Assembly (NCBI RefSeq): GCF_000025945.1 | Contig: NC_006138.1 | Span: forward strand, 750,001 to 782,000 | Direction of reading: 5' to 3' | From: Desulfotalea psychrophila LSv54 | Lineage (GTDB): Bacteria; Desulfobacterota; Desulfobulbia; Desulfobulbales; Desulfocapsaceae | Length of the DNA: 32,000 nt | Part shown: one piece after another, positions 7,845-16,757 of the stretch | Position numbering within the stretch: the stretch's first letter is position 1 | Layout: every line of letters starts with the position of its first letter | The notes under the pieces: generated by a model | The model's input: the letters and a program-made list of their open reading frames with translations, nothing else | What the model was told of the DNA's origin: nothing | The model's database searches: none | Position numbers and translations under genes: made by a program

Positions 7845-10484
7845 TTACTGCTGCCAGCACTCTTTGCCCTCCTCGTGAAGAAGAAAATGCTGATTTTCCC
7901 GTGCTAATTTTCTCTTCTCTTTTTTTACCGGGTTGCCCAGAGATATTCCACCTGCCATAAATGCTGCCAGAGATTCTGTGCGTACCGTTACCCCGGAGAA
8001 GATACCCGCCTTGACAGTTACTCCACTGCTGTTCCAGAACTTGGTTTTCTGGCAGATGAGATTTCTGTATTTATCGTCGATATTAATACGTACCTCAACG
8101 TTCTCAAAGTTTTTTGCCAGAGCGTAGCTGACCACCTCTCCCACCTGCAGCTGTCGATAGTAAACAGGTGAGCCAGGCGTTAGAGAGTTTAATCTCTTTG
8201 CCTCCAGCACCACTGGAAAGCCGGTAGTCAAGAGAGCATCAGGTGGGCCATCAATGGCCCTGAAGTATCTTCTTTGCTCACCTTGGCCGGGGAGAAGAGT
8301 TACAGAGGGGCCGAGGATTACCGATTGCAGATTTTTTATTTCGGCAAGATTTATCTGTGCCTGTCTTAACCAGATTTTTGTGCCCTGTCGAAAGAGGGGG
8401 AGGGTCTTTTCCTCTACCAGAAGGGTGGCAGAGACAGAGTGAAGATTTTTGCCGAGGTTCAGCTTTGTTACTGAGCCGATCTCAATGCCCTTGTACATTA
8501 CTGGAGCGCCTGTCTTCAGTCCGCCAAGATCGTTAAAGAGCACCCTTATATTTACCTTGGCGTAGAGGGCGTCGTGAAAGTTATTGTAGAGGGTATATGG
8601 TGCGGAGCTTTTTTTGGGCTCTCCCTCAGTGGGGGTGAAACAGCCTATGCCTCCCGCTACAATGGATTGAAGTGGGCCTGTCTGAATATTGAACCCCCCT
8701 ATTCCACCGCTAACTTGAACGCCGCTTGCGTCGTAGAAGCGGGTTTTGGGCTTAATGAGGCCTTGGTACTGTTTCTCCACAAAACATTTTGCTATGATAT
8801 CCCGGTCATTTTTTCCTCGTTTGAAGCTGACAATATGGCCAATGGCAGTGTTTGTATGGAGGAGAGGGGAGCCAATGTTGAGACTTGTTTCTCTTGCTGT
8901 ACGTAGCCAAAAAAACTTTCCTGGTTTTTGCAGGGCAGCTACATTTTTAACGGCCATTTGCCGGCTGGCATAGAGTGGAAAGCGAGCATTTTCTTTTGGT
9001 GGGATATTTTTTTCTTTTTTCAGCTTATCCGGGGTGGTGAAGGCGATACTGCCGGAGATTATTTTGCGTATAGGGCCCATTTTCACCTCGATTCCCGAGA
9101 GGCTTGCCTGGATGTCAATGCCACTGTACTGCCAGAAAACGCTCTTTGAGCTGAGGAGTACGAGATATTTTTGGTAAATATATATCTGGGTGTGGATCGT
9201 TCTCCCGGAGTTTTTAAGGCTACTTTTGACTACCTCGCCCACCTGGATATTCTTAAAGTATACGGCAGCACCATCTATAAAGCTGATCTTGGCGGATTCG
9301 AGAAAGAAGGACTTCCCCCTGCGCAGCGGGATAAGGGCAGGAGGTACGGGAGAGATGTTAAAGCTGTCCCGAAAGGCACCTTTGCCTGGGCTGAAAGCTA
9401 TGTGTGGTCCCGTAAGCAGGGTGTTGATGTTTTCAATTCCTTCAATGGAGACCTTGGGTTCCACCAACCAAAAAACGGTCTCCTCTCGCAGCGCTACCTC
9501 TGCCCTGGGATCAAGGAGGATGGTGGCGGTGATGATATCCTGGTCTCTGCTGGTGTCTATATGTTTGACAAAACCTACCTCTACCCCATGGAAGATGACC
9601 TTGGTGTCACCTTCGGAAATGTTATAGTTTGAAGGGAGATGAAGCTTGAACTCCAGGCCGTACTCTGCATCACTGAAATTTTTATAAAAGGTGTATTCCT
9701 GGCCATTTTCTGCCGGTGGGTCGCCAATAAATTTTTCCGGTGTGTACAGTATGATTCCTCCCTTGATAAGGGCGGCAATTGATTCTATTTGTATTTTAAT
9801 TTTGGGGAGTTTGCCTTTGATGGAGATACCACTGGCATTGTAGAATCTGCTCTCATTATGAACAAGGTGGGCGTATTGAGGATAGATAAAGACCTTGATG
9901 GAAACTTTTTCCTCACCGATAAGTTTAAATTCGCTTACCATTCCTATTTCGATATTTCGAGAATAAATGCCTGTGCTTTTTTGGATTGATCCCAGGCTGT
10001 CGGCGATCAGGGTAATATGCAGGCCGGGGGCGTCGAGGTTCACTGGCGGGGATGAACTCAGGCCTTGAAAGCTCTCTCCCCGCTCCGTTGATTTACCAAA
10101 CTCAACCTCTATATAGCTGCCGCCAACTATGGTATCAAGTCCCTCAATTTTGGTGACGGAGAGTTCCGGCTTTACAATCCAAAAAAGGCTGTCTTTGCTG
10201 ATTTTCTCTTCTACCCTCCTGTCCAGTTTGACCGTGGTTTTTATTTTACTGTCTTCAAGGCCGGGGTCTATGTCTGTGACAATGCCAATTCGTACTCCCC
10301 TCGTCATCACCAAGGTTTTATCCGCAATTATTCCCGTGGCGTCATCGAAATAGACGGTGACATCTATACCCGCATTTTTGTAGCTGCTGTAGAGGAGCCA
10401 GCTGCATATTACCAGGGCCAGTATGGGCAGTATCCAAATCGCAGAGATGCCCTTCTCTTTTTGAACTGTTGCAGGTTTGATCAT
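7845..10484 (-). CDS. letB: PqiB/LetB-family protein with seven tandem MCE domains and an N-terminal membrane anchor
   Basis: The N-terminus (ISAIWILPILALVICSWLLYSSYKNAGIDVTVYFDDATGI) is PqiB-like. Seven MCE-type modules are seen by eye: GVRIGIVTDI, NIEIGMVSEF, GVEVGFVKHI, NIQVGEVVKS, NTAIGHIVSF, GIEIGSVTKL, QLQVGEVVSY. The 879-aa length matches 7-MCE LetB/YebT rather than 3-MCE PqiB. Confidence 0.85.
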   Translation of the reverse strand: MIKPATVQKEKGISAIWILPILALVICSWLLYSSYKNAGIDVTVYFDDATGIIADKTLVMTRGVRIGIVTDIDPGLEDSKIKTTVKLDRRVEEKISKDSLFWIVKPELSVTKIEGLDTIVGGSYIEVEFGKSTERGESFQGLSSSPPVNLDAPGLHITLIADSLGSIQKSTGIYSRNIEIGMVSEFKLIGEEKVSIKVFIYPQYAHLVHNESRFYNASGISIKGKLPKIKIQIESIAALIKGGIILYTPEKFIGDPPAENGQEYTFYKNFSDAEYGLEFKLHLPSNYNISEGDTKVIFHGVEVGFVKHIDTSRDQDIITATILLDPRAEVALREETVFWLVEPKVSIEGIENINTLLTGPHIAFSPGKGAFRDSFNISPVPPALIPLRRGKSFFLESAKISFIDGAAVYFKNIQVGEVVKSSLKNSGRTIHTQIYIYQKYLVLLSSKSVFWQYSGIDIQASLSGIEVKMGPIRKIISGSIAFTTPDKLKKEKNIPPKENARFPLYASRQMAVKNVAALQKPGKFFWLRTARETSLNIGSPLLHTNTAIGHIVSFKRGKNDRDIIAKCFVEKQYQGLIKPKTRFYDASGVQVSGGIGGFNIQTGPLQSIVAGGIGCFTPTEGEPKKSSAPYTLYNNFHDALYAKVNIRVLFNDLGGLKTGAPVMYKGIEIGSVTKLNLGKNLHSVSATLLVEEKTLPLFRQGTKIWLRQAQINLAEIKNLQSVILGPSVTLLPGQGEQRRYFRAIDGPPDALLTTGFPVVLEAKRLNSLTPGSPVYYRQLQVGEVVSYALAKNFENVEVRINIDDKYRNLICQKTKFWNSSGVTVKAGIFSGVTVRTESLAAFMAGGISLGNPVKKEKRKLARENQHFLLHEEGKECWQQ

Positions 10485-11872
10485 GGTGTTTTTGGGGGTT
10501 GAGGGGGGACAGGCCCGGAGCCTGCTGTGTTTTCGTACTTATCCCAGAGAAGGCGCGGGTCAAATGCCAGGGCCGCGGCCATGGTGGTCAGGACAACTCC
10601 ACAAAAATATGTTGCGGCGGAATCCGCCGAAACGGAGGAGAAAAAGCCAAAATTTACCAGGGCTGTGAGCAGACCGATAACAAAGATATCAAGCATTGAC
10701 CATTTGCCGATAAAGGAAATGTATCGGTACATAATAGCTTTTTTACGCAGGTAGTGATGGAAGTTAAACTTGATACTTATGAGGAGGATGGTGATGCCCA
10801 CCACCTTGAATATTGGTACCAGTATGCTTGCCGTGAGGATAACTATGCCAATAAATAACTGTCCAGAGTCAAAGAAGAATCTGATGCCGTCCATGATAGT
10901 TGAAGGCGTCGGGGTCCCCATAAAGCTCACCTGCATGATGGGCAGGAGGTTGGCTGGGAAAAGCAGGATAATGGCGGAGCAGAGCAGGGCCCAGGTTCTG
11001 GAGATACTCTGTTGTTTTCGTAGGTGCAGGTAGGCGCCACAGCGAGGGCATTTGTCCATGCCATCTGCTATGGGAATCAATTTATGACAGTCGTGGCAGT
11101 GGCAAAAGCCGTTTGCTGCTGCACTCTCTCCTCTGCTTTGAGGAGAAAATGGCAGGGCCTCGGTTGGCCTGTCCTTAAATTCTATTCTTTCCCAAAAGAG
11201 TCTCTTGTCCATGGTGGCATTTATTCTCACCGTGATAAGGACCACTAGCATAAAGCAGAAAAATCCGGCGTCGTAGCCGATGGTAGAGCTGTCCTTCATC
11301 TTGATGATGGCAACGATAATGCCCAGGAAAAAAACTTCGGTCATGGCCCACTCTTCTGTTCGCACATAGATGCGAAAGATGTGGCGTAGCCAGGGCGGGT
11401 ATTTGTGAAAATAGAGAGATAGGGAGGTGAGGAGGGCAGAGAGGAGAAGCAGGCAGGGAAAGACAATAGCCGAGAGGAAGATGGCCAGGGTAACAAAGTA
11501 GTACTCTGCCTGGTAAAATTCTATGATGCAGCCAATGACGTTGCTGCTATCGGTAAAACCGACTGCCTCAAAGGTAAGCAGGGGGAGAAAAATGGCAGGC
11601 AGATAGAGGAGTATTCCGGTAATGCTGTGGGCAAGTACCTTGGCGATGGAGTGGTGAATTGACCTGTCGAGGCATCTGCCACAGCGGGGACATTTGGCAG
11701 AGTAGCCCGGGGGGACCTTGGCCTGGATGACAAGGAGGTCGCAGTCTTTGCAGGCCATCAGGTGTTCTGTTCTTTGAGGAGCCACAGTTGATTCTTTTCC
11801 TATATGAATGCCATTCCCCTCTTCGTTGAATCTCTCGATGAAATGTCGCAATTGTAGCAAAAAATAATCCAT
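10481..11872 (-). CDS. letA: PqiA/LetA-family integral membrane protein (two PqiA repeats, each with a Cys4 zinc-ribbon-like motif)
   Basis: CKDCDLL...CPRCG and CHDCHKL...CPRCG motifs each precede a block of TM helices. The stop overlaps the letB-like start (ATGA, 10481-10484). The start is uncertain: TTG 11911, ATG 11872 or ATG 11758, none with a clear RBS. Confidence 0.85.
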   Translation of the reverse strand: MDYFLLQLRHFIERFNEEGNGIHIGKESTVAPQRTEHLMACKDCDLLVIQAKVPPGYSAKCPRCGRCLDRSIHHSIAKVLAHSITGILLYLPAIFLPLLTFEAVGFTDSSNVIGCIIEFYQAEYYFVTLAIFLSAIVFPCLLLLSALLTSLSLYFHKYPPWLRHIFRIYVRTEEWAMTEVFFLGIIVAIIKMKDSSTIGYDAGFFCFMLVVLITVRINATMDKRLFWERIEFKDRPTEALPFSPQSRGESAAANGFCHCHDCHKLIPIADGMDKCPRCGAYLHLRKQQSISRTWALLCSAIILLFPANLLPIMQVSFMGTPTPSTIMDGIRFFFDSGQLFIGIVILTASILVPIFKVVGITILLISIKFNFHHYLRKKAIMYRYISFIGKWSMLDIFVIGLLTALVNFGFFSSVSADSAATYFCGVVLTTMAAALAFDPRLLWDKYENTAGSGPVPPQPPKTP

Positions 11873-12061
11873 ATTAAAATAAAGTGTACAGAAAAATAGA
11901 GTTATTTTCAAGGATTGTGGGGGAGGAGAGCACCGTGTAAAAAAGAGTGTCCTCTTTTCTGGTCCAAAACGTCTTGTAAATTCATGGGACTGATGGTCTA
12001 ATTTATTGTTAATAGTATCTTATTCTGTTTTTCAAGGCTTAACTTTTACAGGGAGAAGGGG

Positions 12062-13057
12062 ATGGATTTTAGAAATATCGGTTTTGTGGCCTGCGCGCTA
12101 CTTTTGAGTGCCTGTCAGCCTGTGGTTTATAGGCAAATGGTTCCGGTGACGACCAATCCCATGGGGGCAGATGTCCTTGTTGATGGTATCGCCTCCGGGA
12201 AAACGCCTACCTCACTTGATTTGGCGCGCAATCAGGATCATATCCTTACCCTGACTAAGTCGGGTTATCGTCAAGAGGATGTTACGGTAAAAAGGGTTTA
12301 TCATGCAGAGCAATCGGTTCTGGGGGCGGTGAGTCGAGGTCTTTCCGATGGTAAGTTCTTTGACGATGCCAATATGGGCATACAGTCAGGCATCTCTTCT
12401 CTGGAAACTCAAAAAACGACTGGCGAAGCCTATACTCTTTCGCCAACTGCTGTGGTTGTTACCCTTATGCCCGTTGGTGGGGTGGTGTCTGCCCCCGTAG
12501 CGGTGTCGGGAGAGGCTTTTGCTGCTCCCTCAGCACAGTCAACGCTGAATGTGACAGAGATAATGACATCCTTTGATCGGGAAATGCTTGATCGGGCTCT
12601 TGAGACGGGTAGATCGGGGCAGTCTGTGCAGTGGACAAATCCCGATAGTGGTTGGCATTTTGTAGTGGTGCCTCATTCTGCCGGTAGGCAGGAGGGGATG
12701 GTTACCAGAGATATTAGCGTTGTGGGCACCAAGGCAGGTCGTGTTTCCAAGGGGAAGTATCCGACCTATCGAGAGAATCGTAATGATTGGCGGATAGGTT
12801 ATCCAATGCATACCACCAAGGCTCTGGAAGTTGCGCCGGTAAACGAGAGAGCGCTTCTCTTTGGTGCGGCAAAGGTTGGTGCATCTGGGTTAAAGCCTAT
12901 TGGTGGAGAGAAGGAGTTGAGTCACTCAAGTCATAGCAGTGAATCCTGGGGGGCTGATGGCAGTCACACCACTACAACCAAGTCGAGTTCGACCAGTGCC
13001 AGTGTTTCTGTGAATCCGGCTGGAGCTATTGATTTGTTGGAGAAGTTGACTGAGTAG
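12062..13057 (+). CDS. Lipoprotein with an N-terminal PEGA domain and a C-terminal region with a surface-antigen-like motif and a Ser/Thr-rich tail
   Basis: Lipobox LLSAC at residues 14-18. PEGA-like segment: VTTNPMGADVLVDGIASGKTPTSLDL...LTLTKSGYRQEDVTV. The later segment GRSGQSVQWTNPDSGWHFVVVP resembles 17-kDa surface-antigen-type domains (from memory). Confidence 0.7.
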   Translation: MDFRNIGFVACALLLSACQPVVYRQMVPVTTNPMGADVLVDGIASGKTPTSLDLARNQDHILTLTKSGYRQEDVTVKRVYHAEQSVLGAVSRGLSDGKFFDDANMGIQSGISSLETQKTTGEAYTLSPTAVVVTLMPVGGVVSAPVAVSGEAFAAPSAQSTLNVTEIMTSFDREMLDRALETGRSGQSVQWTNPDSGWHFVVVPHSAGRQEGMVTRDISVVGTKAGRVSKGKYPTYRENRNDWRIGYPMHTTKALEVAPVNERALLFGAAKVGASGLKPIGGEKELSHSSHSSESWGADGSHTTTTKSSSTSASVSVNPAGAIDLLEKLTE

Positions 13058-13073
13058 GTGCAGTAGAAACAGA

Positions 13074-13108
13074 AAAAGGGTTTAGCAATTAAATTGCTAA
13101 ACCCTTTT
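13074..13108. terminator. Rho-independent terminator shared by the PEGA gene (+) and the tRNA-Glu/Lys operon (-)
   Basis: AAAAGGGTTTAGCAA-ttaaa-TTGCTAAACCCTTTT: a 15-bp stem with T-runs on both strands. Confidence 0.8.
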
Positions 13109-13114
13109 ATGTCT

Positions 13115-13192
13115 TGGCGTCCCCAAGGGGATTCGAACCCCTGTTGCCGCCGTGAAAGGGCGGTGTCCTAGACCTGACTAGACGATGAGGAC
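13115..13192 (-). tRNA. tRNA-Glu (anticodon UUC), copy 1, CCA encoded
   Basis: The reverse complement GTCCTCATCGTCTAGTCAGGTCTAGGACACCGCCCTTTCACGGCGGCAACAGGGGTTCGAATCCCCTTGGGGACGCCA folds as a cloverleaf. The anticodon loop is CUUUCAC. Confidence 0.95.
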
Positions 13193-13199
13193 AAGTGCG

Positions 13200-13275
13200 T
13201 GGTGGGGCGTGCGCGGCTCGAACGCGCGACTCTCTGATTAAAAGTCAGATACTCTACCAGCTGAGTTAACGCCCC
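13200..13275 (-). tRNA. tRNA-Lys (anticodon UUU), copy 1, CCA encoded
   Basis: The reverse complement GGGGCGTTAACTCAGCTGGTAGAGTATCTGACTTTTAATCAGAGAGTCGCGCGTTCGAGCCGCGCACGCCCCACCA has anticodon loop CUUUUAA. Confidence 0.95.
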
Positions 13276-13289
13276 ACTTGCGTGGCGGG

Positions 13290-13318
13290 AATATATAAGT
13301 TTCTTTGCTCTATGTCAA
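13290..13318 (-). promoter_or_regulatory. Sigma70-type promoter of tRNA operon copy 1
   Basis: The minus strand reads TTGACA-17 nt-TATATT, followed by a GC-rich discriminator (CCCGCC), 14 nt before the tRNA-Lys 5' end. Confidence 0.6.
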
Positions 13319-13726
13319 CACTTTTTCCCTAAAAAGTGAATGAATGTTGCTTTTATTTGAGTCCATTCCTTCTCCGGATCTATCCTCTTACCCCTTCTTT
13401 AAATTTTAAAAACCTAATTTCATAATCTTAGCCGTGTGACGGGTGGGTTTCCTTTTTGGTGGAGATAAGGGATTTAGCAAAATATTTTTTTGCGTTATCC
13501 CTGTTTTCTTTTGGATCTCTCCTAAAGGGAGCAAAGATAAATTTATAGTCGAAGGGTGGAGCAAGCACCTCTTGCCCAGGCTATTTTTTTTAAAGAGGGC
13601 CCCTTTGTTAGTCTTAATTCAGTTTTCTCTTGACATATGTTAACTAATATTTGACTTTTGCCTAATTTTTTAGTTGTTTCTTGCTCTGTATACAAAATTA
13701 TGGTGAATTTTATTTGGGAGATATTG

Positions 13727-13903
13727 ATGATTGGCTTAGAAGGTATAGCTGTGCCGCTTGGCATTATTCTTACCCTGCTCAGCACCCTGCTCTGCGTAGC
13801 TTATGGAGTGGTGAACTGGAATAGGGGGCATGTTACCGAGGGAGAACTTGCCCAGGAGTTGATGTGGAAGGCAGAAGAAATTAAAATTAAAGAGAATCTT
13901 TAG
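13727..13903 (+). CDS. Symporter small accessory protein (single-TM, 58 aa)
   Basis: GGGAG RBS 6 nt before ATG 13727. MIGLEGIAVPLGIILTLLSTLLCVAYGVVNWNRG resembles the small proteins encoded immediately upstream of SSS-family symporters. It ends 9 nt before the symporter start. The track ORF starts earlier, at 13658. Confidence 0.55.
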   Translation: MIGLEGIAVPLGIILTLLSTLLCVAYGVVNWNRGHVTEGELAQELMWKAEEIKIKENL

Positions 13904-13912
13904 GAGAGGATC

Positions 13913-15523
13913 ATGAATGTTCCCCTATTGACAACGGTGGTGCTGCTCTATCTATTTGTTGTGGGTTGTTTGACCGCAAAGGCCTACAGGGACACGGCAA
14001 CCACTGCCGACTATCTGGTTGCCGGTCGTGATATACATCCCTTTGTCATGGCCATATCCTACGGGGCGACCTTTATCAGTACCTCGGCTATTATCGGTTT
14101 TGGTGGGGCTGCCGCCGTCTTTGGCATGAGTTTGCTCTGGCTCACCTTTTTGACAATTTTTGTTGGTGTCTTTATTGCCTTTGTTTTTTTCGGGCGCAAG
14201 ACCAGAGTGATGGGAAGAAACCTCGATGCCCATACCTTTCCCGAATTTTTGGGGCTGCGTTTCCAATCAAAGACCCTGCAGGGCGGTATTGGCGGGGTGA
14301 TTTTCTTGACCATGCCCCTCTATGCCAGCGTTGTTCTCATGGGTGGGGCAAAATTTGTCTCACAGATTTTATCCATTGATTACAATGTGGCACTTTTTTT
14401 TCTCACCGTTATCATTGCCATTTATGTGATAATGGGTGGTCTTAAGGGTGTTATGTACACCGATGCCTTTCAGGGTGCCATCATGTTTATTGGCATGTTT
14501 GTTCTTCTTTTTTTCACCTATCATAAGTTGGGTGGTGTAGTTGCCGCCCATGAACAGCTGACCGCAATGAAGGATATCGCTATTAAGATATTTGGGGCGA
14601 AGGGACATACGGGCTGGACATCCTTTCCTGCCTTTGGTTCTGATTTTTGGTTTGTGGTGGTCACAACTCTTATAATGGGCGTGGGTATTGGGGTGCTTGC
14701 TCAACCGCAGCTTATTGTTCGCTTTATGACGGTGAAGAGTAATAGGGAGTTGAATCGCGCTGTTTTGATTGGTGGTGTTTTTATTGCGGTGGCGGTGGGG
14801 GTCTCCTTTGTTGTCGGAGCTCTTTCAAATGTGTTTTTCTATAAGTATGATCCGGCAACCCTGGGTAAGATATCGTTGTTGGCAACGGATAAGAACGTTG
14901 CTGAGATCATTCCCATGTATATCAGCCATGCCATGCCACAGTGGTTTACCGTTGTTTTTATGGTAACTCTGCTCAGTGCGGCGATGTCGACCCTGAGTTC
15001 TCAATTTCATACCATGGGCACATCCCTTGGCCGTGATATTTATGAGAAGGCCCTGGGACGAACGGGAAACTCTATCCTGATTACCAAGGCAGGTATTCTC
15101 CTGGCGATTTTGCTCAGCTATTTTCTGGCCTGGGGTCTGCCGCATTTTTTTGAGGGTGGTACTGCAATTATTGCCCGAGGCACAGCCATTTTTATGGGCA
15201 TATGCGCCGCTACCTTCTTGCCCATGTATTTTGGCGCCCTCTACTGTCGGGGGATGACCTTGTTTGGGGTCTATGTAAGTTTTTTTTCGGGCTTAGTGAC
15301 AAGTCTTTTTTGGATATTTTTTGTCCATCTTAAGGAGTCGAAACCGCTCATGCTCTGTCAGACGATTTTTGGTGTGGATTCTCTGGCCATGGGCAGTAAA
15401 TGGGCCCTGGTTGATCCTCTGATGATAGCTCTGCCGGTATCGATCGTGGCCATGTTTCTCTGTCGCTCCATGGGAAAACCGCTCTCATCAGAGCATCTTG
15501 ATCGCTGTTTCCGTAAGGTTTAG
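13913..15523 (+). CDS. Sodium:solute symporter (SSS) family transporter, substrate unknown
   Basis: 536 aa, about 13 predicted TM helices, SSS-like N-terminal region (DYLVAGRDIHPFVMAISYGATFISTSAIIGFGG). Confidence 0.9.
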   Translation: MNVPLLTTVVLLYLFVVGCLTAKAYRDTATTADYLVAGRDIHPFVMAISYGATFISTSAIIGFGGAAAVFGMSLLWLTFLTIFVGVFIAFVFFGRKTRVMGRNLDAHTFPEFLGLRFQSKTLQGGIGGVIFLTMPLYASVVLMGGAKFVSQILSIDYNVALFFLTVIIAIYVIMGGLKGVMYTDAFQGAIMFIGMFVLLFFTYHKLGGVVAAHEQLTAMKDIAIKIFGAKGHTGWTSFPAFGSDFWFVVVTTLIMGVGIGVLAQPQLIVRFMTVKSNRELNRAVLIGGVFIAVAVGVSFVVGALSNVFFYKYDPATLGKISLLATDKNVAEIIPMYISHAMPQWFTVVFMVTLLSAAMSTLSSQFHTMGTSLGRDIYEKALGRTGNSILITKAGILLAILLSYFLAWGLPHFFEGGTAIIARGTAIFMGICAATFLPMYFGALYCRGMTLFGVYVSFFSGLVTSLFWIFFVHLKESKPLMLCQTIFGVDSLAMGSKWALVDPLMIALPVSIVAMFLCRSMGKPLSSEHLDRCFRKV

Positions 15524-16321
15524 GCGTTCAGGGGCTTGCTCTTTAAAGACCTGTCCCGCTCCCCAGAGTTGGCTTATCTGGGCTGTTACCTCTGTTTGGT
15601 TGCCGCTGGTCCAGAATTCAGTTCTGCCATCCCTCTTCGTAGGAGAGAGGAGGGATGATATGGCTAATTGCTTTTTGAGCTCTTGGGTGACGGGCACTGA
15701 GGTGTCGATGAGTTGGGCCCTGCCTGAAATAATCTTTTTGATGCTCGGGGCGAGAAAGAGGTAGTGGGTACAGCCAAGGACAATGTAGTCAGCACCGGCC
15801 CTGAGCAGAGGCTCTACGTATCCCTCTATGGCCTCGGTGGTCTCGTTACCGGTGAGATTGCCTGCTTCGACCAGTTCCACCAGGCGGGGGCAGGCTTGAA
15901 TTTCTATTTGGCTTTTTCCTGCAAATCTCTTTTTCAGTGTTTGAAAGGAGCTACTCTTCAGAGTTTGTCGGGTGGCAAGAACACCTATTATGCCTGATTT
16001 ACTCTGCTGCACAGCAGGTCTTATGCCGGGCTCAACGCCAATAATGGGGATATTTGATGTGGCTCGCAGATATGCTATGGCATTTGCGGTGGCGGTGTTG
16101 CAGGCCACGACGATGGCCTTGCAGCCTTTTTTAATCAGGAAAGCGGTAATATGTTTTGCCCTGCTTCTGATCAGCTCTGCAGGTTTTGTTCCGTAGGGTG
16201 AAAAACCCGTGTCAGCAAAGTATATAAGGTCTTCCCGCGGCAGAAGCTCTTTGATTTTAAGGGCCACGGAGAGTCCGCCGACACCCGAGTCGAATATTCC
16301 TATAGGTTTTTTTGCTTTCAT
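15488..16321 (-). CDS. murI: Glutamate racemase
   Basis: Motifs IGIFDSGVGGLSV, VVACNTATA and LGCTHYLFL (the two catalytic Cys motifs). I prefer ATG 16321 (MKAKKPIGIF) over GTG 16375. Confidence 0.9.
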   Translation of the reverse strand: MKAKKPIGIFDSGVGGLSVALKIKELLPREDLIYFADTGFSPYGTKPAELIRSRAKHITAFLIKKGCKAIVVACNTATANAIAYLRATSNIPIIGVEPGIRPAVQQSKSGIIGVLATRQTLKSSSFQTLKKRFAGKSQIEIQACPRLVELVEAGNLTGNETTEAIEGYVEPLLRAGADYIVLGCTHYLFLAPSIKKIISGRAQLIDTSVPVTQELKKQLAISSLLSPTKRDGRTEFWTSGNQTEVTAQISQLWGAGQVFKEQAPERLNLTETAIKML

Positions 16322-16460
16322 CTTGATAAGTTGTTTGGCTCGCTTAGTCTGTTTATAGCACTGCCCGAAAGGCACAATCGTTTACTATAATAATTTTCTG
16401 TAGAATAAAAGCAAGCTTTGCCTCTGGGCGGATGGGGTGATTTGCTACAGGTTGGCAGTT

Positions 16461-16470
16461 GGGGGGGGGG
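16461..16470. repeat. Homopolymeric G10 tract (intergenic)
   Basis: Ten consecutive G between the murI upstream region and the copy-2 tRNA terminator. Confidence 0.95.
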
Positions 16471-16502
16471 ATGTTTTGCGCTATTGGTGGCTAGAAACCA
16501 AA

Positions 16503-16536
16503 AAAGGGTTTAGCAAGAAAACTTGCTAAACCCTTT
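16503..16536 (-). terminator. Rho-independent terminator of tRNA operon copy 2
   Basis: AAAGGGTTTAGCAAG-aaaa-CTTGCTAAACCCTTT: a perfect 15-bp stem. On the minus strand it is followed by a T-run. Confidence 0.8.
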
Positions 16537-16544
16537 ATAAATCT

Positions 16545-16622
16545 TGGCGTCCCCAAGGGGATTCGAACCCCTGTTGCCGCCGTGAAAGGGCGGTGTCCTG
16601 GACCTGACTAGACGATAGGGAC
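16545..16622 (-). tRNA. tRNA-Glu (anticodon UUC), copy 2
   Basis: Same as copy 1 except one D-loop change and two acceptor-stem changes that keep pairing (C5:G68, U6:G67). Confidence 0.95.
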
Positions 16623-16638
16623 AAATCATGGAAAGCAA

Positions 16639-16714
16639 TGGTGGGGCGTGCGCGGCTCGAACGCGCGACTCTCTGATTAAAAGTCAGATACTCTACCAGC
16701 TGAGTTAACGCCCC
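16639..16714 (-). tRNA. tRNA-Lys (anticodon UUU), copy 2
   Basis: Identical to copy 1 by eye. The spacer to tRNA-Glu is 16 nt, versus 7 nt in copy 1. Confidence 0.95.
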
Positions 16715-16728
16715 CCTTGCGAGCGAGT

Positions 16729-16757
16729 TTTATACAAATATATGAACTTCCTGTCAA
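16729..16757 (-). promoter_or_regulatory. Sigma70-type promoter of tRNA operon copy 2
   Basis: The minus strand reads TTGACA-17 nt-TATAAA, with an AT-rich stretch upstream. Confidence 0.6.

Larger units (their letters stand above)
13063..13320. repeat. Direct repeat copy A (terminator, tRNA-Glu, tRNA-Lys, promoter)
   Basis: Collinear with 16493-16760. The tRNA-Lys copies are identical. The tRNA-Glu copies differ at 3 positions, and the terminators and promoters are homologous. Confidence 0.85.

Noticed and set aside
15488-15523. 36-bp convergent overlap of the symporter and murI 3' ends
   Set aside because: It is real in the sequence, but short convergent overlaps of non-conserved C-terminal tails are common. 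I see no structure or motif suggesting a special function.
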